Assembly (NCBI GenBank): GCA_965240325.2
Contig: OZ251226.1
Coordinates: 2,294,001 to 2,358,000, forward strand
Source: Rebecca billardiae RCC1528
Taxonomy: Eukaryota; Protista; Haptophyta
Length of the DNA stretch: 64,000 bases
Direction: 5' to 3'
Below, piece after piece: positions 25,777-36,882 of the stretch (position 1 is its first letter; every line of letters begins with the position of its first letter). A program made the translations under genes and the position numbers. The notes under the pieces are model-generated. The model searched no databases. It saw only the letters and a list, made by a program, of their open reading frames with translations, and was not told where the DNA came from.

Positions 25777-28700
25777 ATGGGCTGCGGAAGCAGCAAGGGC
25801 TCGCAGCCCGTGGCGAATGGCGAGGCGAATGAGGCAGGGGCAGAGGATGCCGAGTTCGCCAACCCCCTCGCGGAGGACGAGATCCAGGAGCGCGTGGTGG
25901 CGAGCGAAAAGGTGCAGCTTTTCGACATGAAGACCACACCGCTGCGCATCCGGTATGCGTACGTATCGCAGCGCGGCTACTACCCAGAGGACCTGAACAA
26001 GAACAACCAGGACTCGTTCGTGATATCGGAGAAGATCTGCGGCGAGGAGGAGTCGATCTTCTTCGGCGTCTTCGACGGCCACGGCTCGACCGGAGACAAG
26101 TGCTCCACCTTTGTGCGCGACAACATGGTCCCGACGCTCGAGCGCAAGATCAAGCAGCACGAGGACGACTTCGAGATGGCGTACAAGGATTCGTTCGTCG
26201 AGATCAACGAGCGCCTCCACGCCGACGTGCGCGCCCGCCGCCTCCCCGCCGCCGCGCGCGCACGTCGCCGCGCGCTCCGCGCGCGCGTGCGCTCTCGCCC
26301 ATCGCGACGCTCAAGCGGCCATGCTGCCCCGCGCGGCGTGCGCGTGCGCGCGCACGCGCGCTGCGCTCGCTTGTGCGCGTGCGCTCGCGCGCAGGCGATC
26401 GACGACACGATGAGCGGGACGACCGCCATCACCTGCTTCATGAGCGGGCAGGAGATCTGCATCGCCAACATCGGCGACTCGCGCGCGATCATGGGCGAGA
26501 AGCGACAGACCAAGAACGGAGAGCGCGTGATCGCGTACAGTCTCTCGATCGATCAGACGCCGTACCGCGCGGACGAGCGCGACCGCGTGAAGAAGGTGGG
26601 CGCGGAGGTGATGAGCTGCGACCAGAAGGACGGGATCGTGCCCTTCCACGAGAACTGGGGCGTCAACCTCGGCGAGGACGTCGACACGGGCGGCGACCCG
26701 CCGCGCGTGTGGGAGCGAGGACAAGATTACCCGGGCTGCGCGTTCACGCGCTCGATCGGGGACGCGATCGCGGAGGACATCGGCGTGTTCGCGGAGCCGG
26801 AGATCATGTCGAAGGAGATCTCGCGCGAGGACAAGTTCATCATGCTCGCGAGCGACGGCATCTTCGAGTTCATCACCAACCAAGGCGCGGCGGACATTGT
26901 CTCGCAGTACGATGACCCTCTCGAGGTGCGCGAGCACGCGCGGCGCGAGCACGCGCGGCGCGAGCACGCGCGGCGCGCGGCGCGCGGCGCGCGGCGCGGG
27001 GGGCAGTGCCGGGGGGGGGCAGCGCCGGGGCGGCAGCGCCGGGAGGGGGTGCAGCGCCGGGGGGATCGCAGCGCGCGTGGATGGGCGGCTGGGCTGGCGG
27101 GGTCGGGAGGAGCGCGTGCACACAGCGCCGCGCGCGCCGACGCGCCCGAGTCGGCGCTCCGCTCGGTCGGCGAGCGGCAGCGGCGAGGGAGGCTGAAGCT
27201 GCAGCGCTCGCGGAGGAGGGGCGGGGCCCAGCACCCGAGAAAGCGGGCAGCCGGGAGGGCGGCCGGTGCACGCGCGTGCTGGCGTGTGCACCGGCGTGGC
27301 TGCGGCCGAGGGTGGGTGCCGAGCGGGCGGGCGTGAGCTGGCGGGCGGTGGGGAGAGGCGGGAGCGCCGCGCGGCCGCGCGGCGCCGCGCTCGCGTCCGC
27401 GGCCGACGGAGCGCCACGGCGCTGTGGCCGCGGCCGGGTTGGGCGCCACGCTGTAGCCCAGCGCACTGCACGCACACGGGGCACGGGCCCGCGCGCGCGT
27501 CTCCACCTCTCTCTTCCTCTCTCCCTCTCTCCCGCCGTGTGTGTGTGAGTCCGTCAGGATGGCTGGCGGCTGGCGGCTGGCGGCTGGCGCTCCGGCGTGC
27601 CCTGCGCTCACTCACGCCTGTGCCCACGCCGCCCCGCGCGCACGCGCGCGCCCGCGGCCTCGGCAACCCTCTCTCGCGCAGGGCGCGCGCGCGATCGTGG
27701 CCGAGGCGTACCGGCTGTGGCTGCAGTACGAGGTGCGGACAGACGACATCACGATCATCCTCATGTTCCTTGACTGGAAGGAGGACGGGCTGGGCGACAT
27801 GCCGCCGCCCAACGGCTCGCCCGGCGACCGGAGACGGTCCATGTTTGGTGGCGGCGACGACCGGAGGCGGCTGTCGAGCCACGGGCCGGGAGATCTCATC
27901 TCGATGGGCCTCGAGCTGCAGGCGGACGGCAACCGGCCGGTGCGCCGCGGGCTCTCCAAGGAGAAGAAATCGCTGATCATGACGGCGCAGTCCGCCATGG
28001 CGGCCGAGGACGATCTCTCGCTCGAGGACACGATCAAGCCGACGCCAAAGACGCCCGAGGAGATCGCGCGCATCTCCGCGGCCGTCAAGACCAACTTCCT
28101 CTTCTCGCACCTGAACGAGGCGCAGCGCACCGAGCTGTACATGGTGATGAAGCGCGTCGAGGTGAAGGCGGGCGACGTGATCATCAGGCAAGGCGACCCG
28201 GGAGACTGGTTCTACGTGGTCGACTCAGGCGTGTTTGCGGTCACGCAGAAGCAGGGCGAGCCGGGCAAGGAGAAGGAGGTGCACATCTTCACGTACAAGA
28301 ACGAGGGCGGCGTGCACCACTGCTTCGGCGAGCTCGCGCTCATGTACTCCAAGCCGCGCGCGGCGACGGTGACGGCGGACACGGACGGCGTGCTGTGGGC
28401 GATGGCGCGCTCGTCGTTCAGGCGCGTGCTGATGAAGTCGTCTGCTCACACGCTCACTAAGGTGCTGCGCTCCGTCGACATCCTCAAGTCGCTCTCGACC
28501 GTGCAGCTGCAGCGGCTGCAGGACATCCTCTCGGAGGAGAAGTTCAAGGAGGGCGAGAACATCATCACGCAGGGCGAGTCGGGCAACACCTTCTTCATCA
28601 TCGTCGAGGGCAACGTCGTGTGCACGCGCAAGGAGGACCCTGGCGACGACGCCGAGAGCCCGCAGGAGCTGATGCGGCTCAACCAGTACCAGTACTTTGG

Positions 28701-30497
28701 CGAGCGCGCGCTGCTGCACGACGCGCCGCGCGCGGCGACCGTGACGGCGTGCGTGCCGTGCAAGTGCCTCTCGGTCGAGCGCGCCGCCTTCGAGGAGGTG
28801 CTCGGCCCGCTGCAGTCGATCATCGACGACGACGCAAAGTGGCGCGAGAAGCAGGCGCTCATCAAGCAGCTCGAGACCGAGAGCGTCGGGCTGAACAACA
28901 CCTCGCTCGCCGACTTTGGCGTGCTCGCGATCGTGAAGCAGGGCGACATCGGCGACATCTCGATCGTCGTCAAGCAGCACGACCACCAGGAGCACCCGGG
29001 CTACTACACCGTCCGCTCGATGTCCAAGGCGCAGGTGGTGAACACCAAGCAGGAGGCGCTGGTGGTGCGCGAGCACGAGCTGATGGCCGAGCTGCCGGTG
29101 AGCTCGCCCGGCGTCGCCGTCGAGCTCGTCTCGTACACGGACGCGAACGCCGTGCACGCCGTGCTCAAGTCGGTGATCGTGACGAACCTCGAGGCGCTGA
29201 TGGAGGAGGACGTGCTGCCGGAGACGACGGCGCGCTTCTACATCGCAAACCTCGCGCAGGCGCTGTGCGCGGTGCACGAGGCCTCGATCGTGTACCGCAA
29301 CGTCAACCCCGAGTTCATCTACATCGACATCGCGGGGTACGTGCAGCTCATCGACTTCCGCCTCGCCAAGCGGATCGAGGGCAAGACCTTCACCACGTGC
29401 GGAGCGCCAGAGTACCTCGTACGCGCGGCGCGCGAGCGCGCGCGCGCGCGGGCGAGCGCGCGCGCGCGCGGGCGCGCGCGCGGGTGGGCGGGCGAGCGCG
29501 CGGGTGGGCGGGTGGGTGGGCCCGAGCGCGCCTCGTGCTGTGCGCACGCCTCGAGCACGCGCGCACGCACTCACGCACGCACACCCCGCCCTCCGCGCGC
29601 GCGCGCGCGCGCCCCACCTCGCGCAGGCCCCGGAGATCGTCAAGGGCGAGGGCCACGGCATCGCCGCCGACTTCTGGGCGCTCGGCGTGCTCGTGTACGA
29701 GATGCTCACGGGCCAGTCGCCCTTCAAGGGCAAGGGCGAAATGGACATGTACATGAACATCACGAGCCACAAGTTCAAGGCGGAGCTGCGCGGCACGTCG
29801 GAGCTTGGCAGGCACGCGCTCGCCTTCATCGAAGAGCTCCTCCACCCGGATCCGAACAAGCGGCTCGGGGCAAAGAGTGCGCGCGCGCGCGCGAGCGCAC
29901 GGCGCGAGCGCGCCCCGTCTGTCAGTGCGGGGGTCGGCGCGCGGCGCGTGCACCCGAGAGCTCGCACGCTCATCCCGCCCGCCCGGGCGCGCTCCCCGCG
30001 CCATCCCGCGCCCCACCCCGCAGCCGGGCTCGAGGAGCTGCAGAACCACATGTTCTTCCACGACTTCGAATGGATCCCCCTCACCACGCGCAACGCAAAG
30101 GTGCGCGCTCGGGCCAAGCGAGGCGGCGGCGGGTGTCGGCGGGCCCACAGCTCGGCTCGGCCGAGCGGGGCCTGGCCTCGGAGCGGGTGTCGGGTGTGCC
30201 GGGCCGTGGGGCGGCGCACATGCGCGCGCCGCCGCCGCCGCCGCTCACGCGCCTCTCTGCGCGTGTGCCGCCGCGCGCGCGCCCCCCACCCCGTGCAAAC
30301 AGTCCCCACACCACGCGCAGTTGTCAAAGCTCTTTGACGCCGTGCGCCAACGCCCGAAGCAGCCCGTGACCGAGGCGCTCACGTACGCAGAGTACAGCGG
30401 CGACCAGGAGATCTTCAGGGATTTCGACCTGAACAGGATCCTCCGCGCGAACACCTCGAGCTCACACGCGATGCCTGAGCGGCTATCACACTCATGA
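25777..30497 (+). CDS. PP2C phosphatase with two cyclic-nucleotide-binding domains and a degenerate AGC-type kinase domain. Introns 26227-26394, 26926-27681, 29419-29626, 29877-30023, 30101-~30320
   Basis: MGCGSSK N-terminus. PP2C motifs NQDSF, FGVFDGHG, NIGDSRA, ASDGIFEF, RTDDIT. cNMP motifs FGELALMYSKPRAATV and FGERALLHDAPRAATV. Kinase TCGAPEYL|APE, DFWALGV. Confidence 0.93.
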
Positions 30498-31650
30498 ACG
30501 CTGGCACGGCTGCCCACCATTACACTGCAGCCTGTCTGTGAGTCAGCTACGTACGTCCGTGGGGCCGCCGGGTGCGTTCGGCGTATAAGTTGGCTGTACG
30601 TGGGCGCCTGTTGATTGTCGGCGTGGTGCAGGCGGTGACTATACGACTGACTCGTAGTGTCAATAGTCACGCGGCCGGCCCTGGGCCTGCCCATGGGCAT
30701 GGTTGATGTGACTGATCGCTGATCATCTGATTGATGCCGATTGGTAGTACTACTAAGTAGTAGTACTAGTCACCGCGCGGCGCCGGCGGCGGCCACGAGC
30801 GCATACACTATACAGGCACAGCGGCCGAGCCACAGCTGCCGTACGGCCATCAAGTACCCGACTGCGATTACCCGTCGGCGAGGTACCGCGCCGTAAAAGT
30901 AACTCGGACTACCGTTGAGTCAGTCAGTCAGTGAGCCCCGCACTGTACTGATGAGTGCTAGTGTGGAGCCTCGTCCGGCGCTCCGGGTGTCCGGGCTCCC
31001 GGGCTTCGTCGGACGAGTTCAGGTGAGTAGTTGACCCCCGGCCCCGCAGACCCAGTCGGCCAGTGGTCCCGGGCCCCATCAGTCCGGTCACTGGAGGTTA
31101 TTCAGTTAGCTCAGTCCGTCAGGAGCGATCTCGGATCTGGGGCATCTGTATCACGTATATGCAAGAATAGTACCCGGGCTGGGGCGGATCATTACCTATA
31201 GAAAATAGCTAGTCTGAACCTATTGGAGGTTTGGCTGATGATCCATCTGGCCGTCACATCGTCCAAGGGACCGCCAGTGAATGAGGGATGCTGTAGGTCG
31301 TCTAGGAGCTACAGTATTGTTATTGTAGATCATCAATCAGAGGCTGCGATCCCGCCGATTTCCGTGTCAAGATGTAACGCTCCAGTGACCGGACTTTGGG
31401 GGGTCAACCGAAGCCGGAGCCTTGTCACGCATCACGCAATTATAAGTATGAAGGCACGCGAGTCACACTCACACTCAGGAGTCAGGCGACTCACTGTCTC
31501 ACAGACGGACAGGACACTCGACGTGCGCACAGCGCAAGCTGCGCCGCAAGCTGCAGTCACGTCGTAAATCTGGGCGCGTCGTCTCACGTCTGACGACTAC
31601 GGTACAGTCTCTTAGTGCCTCTTTGAGTCTTAGGTGTCGGAGCAGTGTGT

Positions 31651-31698
31651 TACAGTTTACTCAGAATAAGAGACGCAAACAGCTCAGGCAGGCGAGAT
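31651..31698 (+). repeat. ~45-bp dispersed repeat (TA-CAGTTTACTCAGAATAAGAGACGCA...GGCAGGCGAGA), TIR-like
   Basis: Further copies at 35593-35692 (two tandem, minus strand) and 35806-35864 (plus strand). Confidence 0.85.
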
Positions 31699-31835
31699 GG
31701 ACGACTCACACTTCATAGTAGTCGTCACGCACGGCCCGCGCGGACTACCCGAGGGTCAGGAGTCGGTCAAGGACACACAATTATATATATATATATACAA
31801 TATATATATATATATATTGTATATGTATATGTTAT

Positions 31836-32456
31836 TCAAGAGCCCCAAATCACGCGAAACACCTGCTCAATACGCAAGTCACTGTGCGTGCGTCCAAACT
31901 TGGCCTCGTAGGCGGCCTTGAACAGGGCCTCCTGGGCGCGAGAGATCTTGTCGACCTGGCAGATCCCCTCAAACCAGTACGTGCGGCCGTCCTGGAAAAT
32001 GGCCTTGCTGCCCTTTTTGAATGCGGCCAGGACGTCCGAGGCCGTGATCTCCTTGCCAGGCGTTCCCACGAAGATGATGTCATTCTTGCGGTCAGGCTCG
32101 TGCTTGCTGCCGTCCCAGTCTTCGATCCACTCACCATCGTCGAGCAAGGCATGCTGAACAACCCCGTGGTCGATGATGACCGACGCGCCCTCCTCGCCGA
32201 TGACCAAGTCCGCAATGTCGTTTGCGTCGAGGGAGTCATCAGGCCAGTGCCTATCGACCTGCAGAAAGTCATCGAAGGCCTTCTTGATCTCGTTGCGCAG
32301 GCGTTTCAGGCTCTTTGCGGGGTCGCATGCTGCAGCAACCTTTGGGGCGTCAAGGCTTGTCGACTTCTTGGCAGCAGTCTTCGAGCGTTTGGTGATACCC
32401 TTGGGCGCATCTCTCGACGCCGCCTTCAAAGAGGACTTCTTCGCCTTGGCCGGCAT
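31836..32456 (-). CDS. Intronless hypothetical protein (206 aa) with a Lys-rich N-terminus and an acidic globular domain
   Basis: Clean ORF with protein-like composition and visibly lower GC than neighbouring genes. No recognised domain. Confidence 0.65.
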   Translation of the reverse strand: MPAKAKKSSLKAASRDAPKGITKRSKTAAKKSTSLDAPKVAAACDPAKSLKRLRNEIKKAFDDFLQVDRHWPDDSLDANDIADLVIGEEGASVIIDHGVVQHALLDDGEWIEDWDGSKHEPDRKNDIIFVGTPGKEITASDVLAAFKKGSKAIFQDGRTYWFEGICQVDKISRAQEALFKAAYEAKFGRTHSDLRIEQVFRVIWGS

Positions 32457-32657
32457 GATGTGGGTGTCCTTCGCGGTCAGAGCAGCTCGTTGTGGGCGGG
32501 TGCGCGCCGTGCTCGGAGAGCTGGAGGGTAGACGCGGTGACCGACTTGAGCAACCGTGCACACGACAGTTTGCTTTGTCCTTTCCGGAGGCAAGTCCGGT
32601 CATTATTTTGCGCAATACCGGGACCCGCTATTGTACGGCCCGGACAGCGGACCCTGG

Positions 32658-33064
32658 TGACTTCGTGTCGACGATCGGGCACTGCCGACGACGAATCAGG
32701 AGACCTGCGCCGTCCTACCTGTGTCGTTAAATCATAGAATGGGTCCGCTCCCTCGCTCGGCGGAGGCGTTGGTCCGGTACAGACAGTCGCCGAATAATCG
32801 CGCGGGCAAAAAGGCGGGGCTGTCACGTAATAAGAAGTTGGGACTTACTCATTCTATGATTTAACGACACAAGTAGGACGACGCGGGTCTCCTGAGATTC
32901 GTCGGCGGCAGTGCCCGATCGTCGACACGAAGTCAGCGTTGGTGGCAGAGCATAGCCTGCACCGCGATCGCAAAGACTTGAGCGCTGCACTCATCTCATC
33001 TGCGGATCTCCGGCCTATTAAAGTGAGACTCATTCTATGATTTAACGACACAGGTAGGACGGCG
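32658..33064. repeat. Repeat family ATTCTATGATTTAACGACAC...: inverted pair 32658-32744 / 32847-32935, partial copy 33028-33064
   Basis: Direct sequence comparison. Another diverged copy lies at 36756-36882. Confidence 0.9.
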
Positions 33065-33855
33065 GTGATTGGCTGGTTCGCTACGCACAGTCCCACTAAG
33101 ATTACGAAAGTAGATTCAACCGAGACGACTACGTGTCCTCCCCGGCCGGCCGACGACCGGCCCAGCCGTGCTCCGTGCTCGGGCGGTGCGCAGTGCGGCG
33201 CGCGCCTAGCGCCTGGACAGTGGACTCCAAGTCACGTCATTGACATCGCAGCGCTCCTGACCACTGGCAGTGCGCCGGCATCATGCAACATCATGCCATC
33301 ATATATATTATAATTTGCTATAGAAGTGCCCAACATTTTCTTCGGCCTAGCCGGCCGGGCCTATTGAAAGAGAAAGCACTGGCAGCGGAGGGCTCTGCCC
33401 CCACTCCCCAGGCTGCGCCCCCCGCGCCTGCGCGGCCGGCGGACCTGGCAACATAGTTTATTAGTTAATCAGTAAGCAGTCGTACACTATTAGGAAACGA
33501 GTGCTCAAGACTCGATCCATAGGCGCTCGGGCGCTACCGAGCGGACCCTAATAAGAAACCGAGACTAGCCGTGTCGCGATATCTTACGGAATACGGCTCA
33601 GCAGTCTCTCGCCGGTGAGTCGGTGACAATTTCGTCTTTAGACTGTATACGTCGTAATATTTTAACTTATTATTAGGTTATTCGGTTTCTTATTATTTCT
33701 GCTAGGCCAAAACATTAACATCCCACGACTGGACACTGCCACTGGTACGTGGTATACTGATGCATGTACGATGCGGGCGGCCGCGTGCAGCGCGCGCGGT
33801 CACGAGCCACGGCCAGCGGCAGGTCGCGGCGCACGGGCGCGGGCGGCGGGGCTCG

Positions 33856-35478
33856 TCACGCATGTCGGCGGATCGAGAGTAGCACAGTCGGAGCCGACCA
33901 GTGTGAGAGCAGCTCTATGACGCCGTCAAGGCCGAGCTCCGCCACGTCGAACGGCCCGACCGCGAGGAGCTCGTCACCGACGAGAACGGCGCCGCTCTCC
34001 TTGGCGGCACCGCCGTCGACAAGGCCGGCGACGACCACGCCGCGATCGCCCGGGAGCGTCGCGGCCGCCGCGACCGAGCGCAAGCGCCGCTTCGACCCCT
34101 CGTTGCCGCGCTCGCGGGCGAGCGTCGACGCTCGGAGCTCGCGCGCGTGCTCGTCATCCTCCTCCAGCACAAGCCCGAGCGGCATGCGCAGCTCCAGCTC
34201 GATCAGCTCCCCTCCCTCAACGCTGCCAGGGCCCACGAGCGCGACGCCTCGCCCGCCGCCGCCGCTGTCGCTCTCGGGCGGAAGAGTGGACGGCGGCGGC
34301 AGCATGAAGTCGTCGATGTAGCACGCGCCGTCCGGGTCCACCGGCCCAGCGCTCGAGTCGCCGACCGAGCACGAAGGGCCGAGGTAGGGGCCGGCGAGTG
34401 CCTCGGTCGGCGTGAGTCGTCGCTCCGGGCGGCGCTCGAGCAGCGCGCGAAGCAGCCGCCACGCCAGCCGCCCCTCGATGGCGCCGTCGTACAGCTCGAG
34501 CCCACGCGCCCAGCGCGCGGCGTCCTCCGGCCGCACCTCGTCGTCGCCGGCGAGCACGCTGCTGGCCAGCCACCGCTCCACATCGCCACCCGCGCGCGCC
34601 AGGGCCGCGCGGAAGTCTCGAAGCGCGTCTTCAGTCGGGCCCTGCAGCGCCGGCATCACGCAGCGCAGCCACACGATCGCGGCCGAGTACGAGTCGTAGG
34701 CAAACGGGACGCGCTCGTCGAGGAACTGCTCCGGAGGGGCGTACAGCACCGAGCACGGCGCGCGATCCGCGCTGTACCCCGTGCGCTTCGAGAAGAGCCC
34801 GCCCGGCTGGCACGCAGAACCAAAGTCAATCAGCCGGAGGCTTCCGGTCGTCTCGTCGACGAGAAGATTCTCAGGCTTCACGTCGCGGTGCACGATGCCG
34901 CAGGCGTGGGCCGCGGCGCAGCACTCGAGGATCTCACGCAGGACCGTGCGCATGAGCTCGCGCACGTCGCCAGGCCGCACGCCTAGCGCGGTCGCGAGCT
35001 GGGCGCGCCCGTCGCCGCTGGGCGACACAAGGTAGTCCTGCAGCGTCCGAGCGCCGCACGCCTCCCACACGAGATAGTGCACTCCGTCGACGTCGGCGCC
35101 GCCAAGGTACGGCGCTAGGTGCAACGAGCCCGCACTTGCGCCCGCAAGCGCGTTGTTAAGGTCCTCCTCCACCGCGAGGTACTCCTTGGCAAGCTTGTCC
35201 TCCGGGTGCGCCCACTTGGCCACGGCGGCAATCGAACCGAGCTGCGCCCAGCGGACGGCGCCGTACGTGCCGGAACCGATGGGATCCCCGAGGCTCAGAG
35301 CCGTGCGGTCAATCTTGCGCGGCGGAGGGGAGGCCCACAGCGCGAGCCCGAGTGCCCCGGGGGCTCCGACTACCAGTAGCGCACACACGAGGAGCGCCGG
35401 CGCGACGGCAATTGCTGGTTCGCGCGCCCGCGCGGGCCGGGGCCCGCCGCGCGCCGCCTGGCTGGTACTCTCCGCCAT
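33856..35478 (-). CDS. Ser/Thr protein kinase (STN7/STN8-like) with an N-terminal hydrophobic targeting segment and a C-terminal PDZ-like domain
   Basis: IGSGTYGAV, AVAK, IVHRDVKPENLL, LIDFGSA, YAPPE. C-terminal MPLGLVLEE...GGAAKESGAVLVGDELLAVG. Confidence 0.85.
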   Translation of the reverse strand: MAESTSQAARGGPRPARAREPAIAVAPALLVCALLVVGAPGALGLALWASPPPRKIDRTALSLGDPIGSGTYGAVRWAQLGSIAAVAKWAHPEDKLAKEYLAVEEDLNNALAGASAGSLHLAPYLGGADVDGVHYLVWEACGARTLQDYLVSPSGDGRAQLATALGVRPGDVRELMRTVLREILECCAAAHACGIVHRDVKPENLLVDETTGSLRLIDFGSACQPGGLFSKRTGYSADRAPCSVLYAPPEQFLDERVPFAYDSYSAAIVWLRCVMPALQGPTEDALRDFRAALARAGGDVERWLASSVLAGDDEVRPEDAARWARGLELYDGAIEGRLAWRLLRALLERRPERRLTPTEALAGPYLGPSCSVGDSSAGPVDPDGACYIDDFMLPPPSTLPPESDSGGGGRGVALVGPGSVEGGELIELELRMPLGLVLEEDDEHARELRASTLARERGNEGSKRRLRSVAAAATLPGDRGVVVAGLVDGGAAKESGAVLVGDELLAVGPFDVAELGLDGVIELLSHWSAPTVLLSIRRHA

Positions 35479-35592
35479 CGCACTCGCTTCACGCGAGGCC
35501 GCCGCCGACTCGCCGAGGTATGGTACGATGGCGGCGCAGTCCGGAGGAGAGTACCGGACTGGCGCCCGCAAATAATCATAATAATAAAGCAA

Positions 35593-35864
35593 ATCTCGCC
35601 TGCTTGAGCTGTGTGCGTCTCCTATTCTTAGTATTAGTAAACTGTATCTCGCCTGCCTGAGCTGTGTGCGTCTCGTATCTGAGTAAACTGTAGTATTTGA
35701 TTTTAAAAATACATCATTACATGCAACTGGTCCCCTCCCCTCCAGCAACAATTAGATACGTTATTACGTACGTCCAAGGGCCGTGGTACGTCGTACAGTT
35801 TTCAGTACAGTAGTTTACTAATAAGAATAAGAGACGCACGCAGCTCAGGCAGGCGAGATACAGT
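35593..35864. repeat. Three copies of the ~45-bp TIR-like repeat (two tandem on minus, one on plus)
   Basis: TCTCGCCTGCYTGAGCTGTGTGCGTCTC...GTAAACTGTA occurs twice, and its reverse complement occurs at 35806-35864. Confidence 0.85.
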
Positions 35865-36755
35865 CGTACCCTCGTTATTTGGCGAATAGTAATACCAGCT
35901 CAGTCACTGATTGAGGCCCACTGCTGGACATGCTACTCAGTTACTGTCAAATAGCCCTTGGTGGGTATCAGGGTATGAGCTGGGCAGGTGTGTGGGCAAA
36001 GGAGGTATTTGATGGTCCTTTGGTGTGGGCTTGCTCAGGGCTGAGTCAGTCAGAAAAATTGAGCCAGCAGGGCCAGGTGCGCTGCCGCAACCGCCCGTGA
36101 GTCGTGACAGATTATTAACGCAGTGACACTGACAGTTGGCAGGTGCTGTGATGACAGTGTCAGTGAGTGCTGGACCGCACCACTCAGTCACATTCGCTTG
36201 AGTAGTCTTTACGTTCCTAGGTCACCACGATGGCAGACAGGGAATTGGAAATTCACGCCATCAGCAGGCAGTGGCCGATGATGGGAATGGTTGGATTGGG
36301 AGTGTCACACTAACCGGCAGCAGTGATTGGGCGACTTGGCTCTACGGTCTACCTAGTTGGGTGGCCTTTGATAGTACCGTGCCTAGCAGCCGCCAGCCTA
36401 GCAGTACAGCCTGGCGTGAGCAGTGCGATCCGCACTCATCCGGATCACAGACTGAGCGCGTAGTGAGTGACTCACTCACAGCAGTCAACAGACGGCCAGT
36501 CGGCCACGCAGTCACATCCGAGCCTGGCCTGCTTCTGTCTTAAAGTGCCGTGCCCTGACCGTGAGGCCTGAGGAGTCCTCCAGTTGTCGGCCCGCCCGTC
36601 GGATGAAGTCATGATGAATGGGTGCAGCTCGACCGAATGGAGAGTGCTGAGGCCGCAGATGTCCGCCATGCAAGCCTAGGCAAAGGGGCAGTGCTCACCG
36701 ATTGAATGGCGATTGGCAATTGTAATTGTGGCAATTGTAATTTTCGAGGGGACAA

Positions 36756-36882
36756 ATTCTATGATTTATAATTATAACGACACAGGAGTAGGACGGCGCA
36801 GGTCCGTCCTGACTCGTCGGCGGCAGTGCCCGATCGTAGACAAGTCGGCGTTGGTGGCAGAGCACCGCCTGCACCGCGATCG
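36756..36882 (+). repeat. Diverged copy of the 32847-32970 repeat
   Basis: Shared CGTCGGCGGCAGTGCCCGATCGT...GCGTTGGTGGCAGAGCA..GCCTGCACCGCGATCG. Confidence 0.9.

Noticed and set aside
32854-32895. Possible C/D-box snoRNA (ATGATT...CTGA)
   Set aside because: The box C match is poor, and the motif spacing is disrupted by insertions in another copy.
31651-36882. Short repeats as a possible CRISPR array
   Set aside because: No regular repeat-spacer periodicity, mixed orientations, no cas genes, eukaryotic context.
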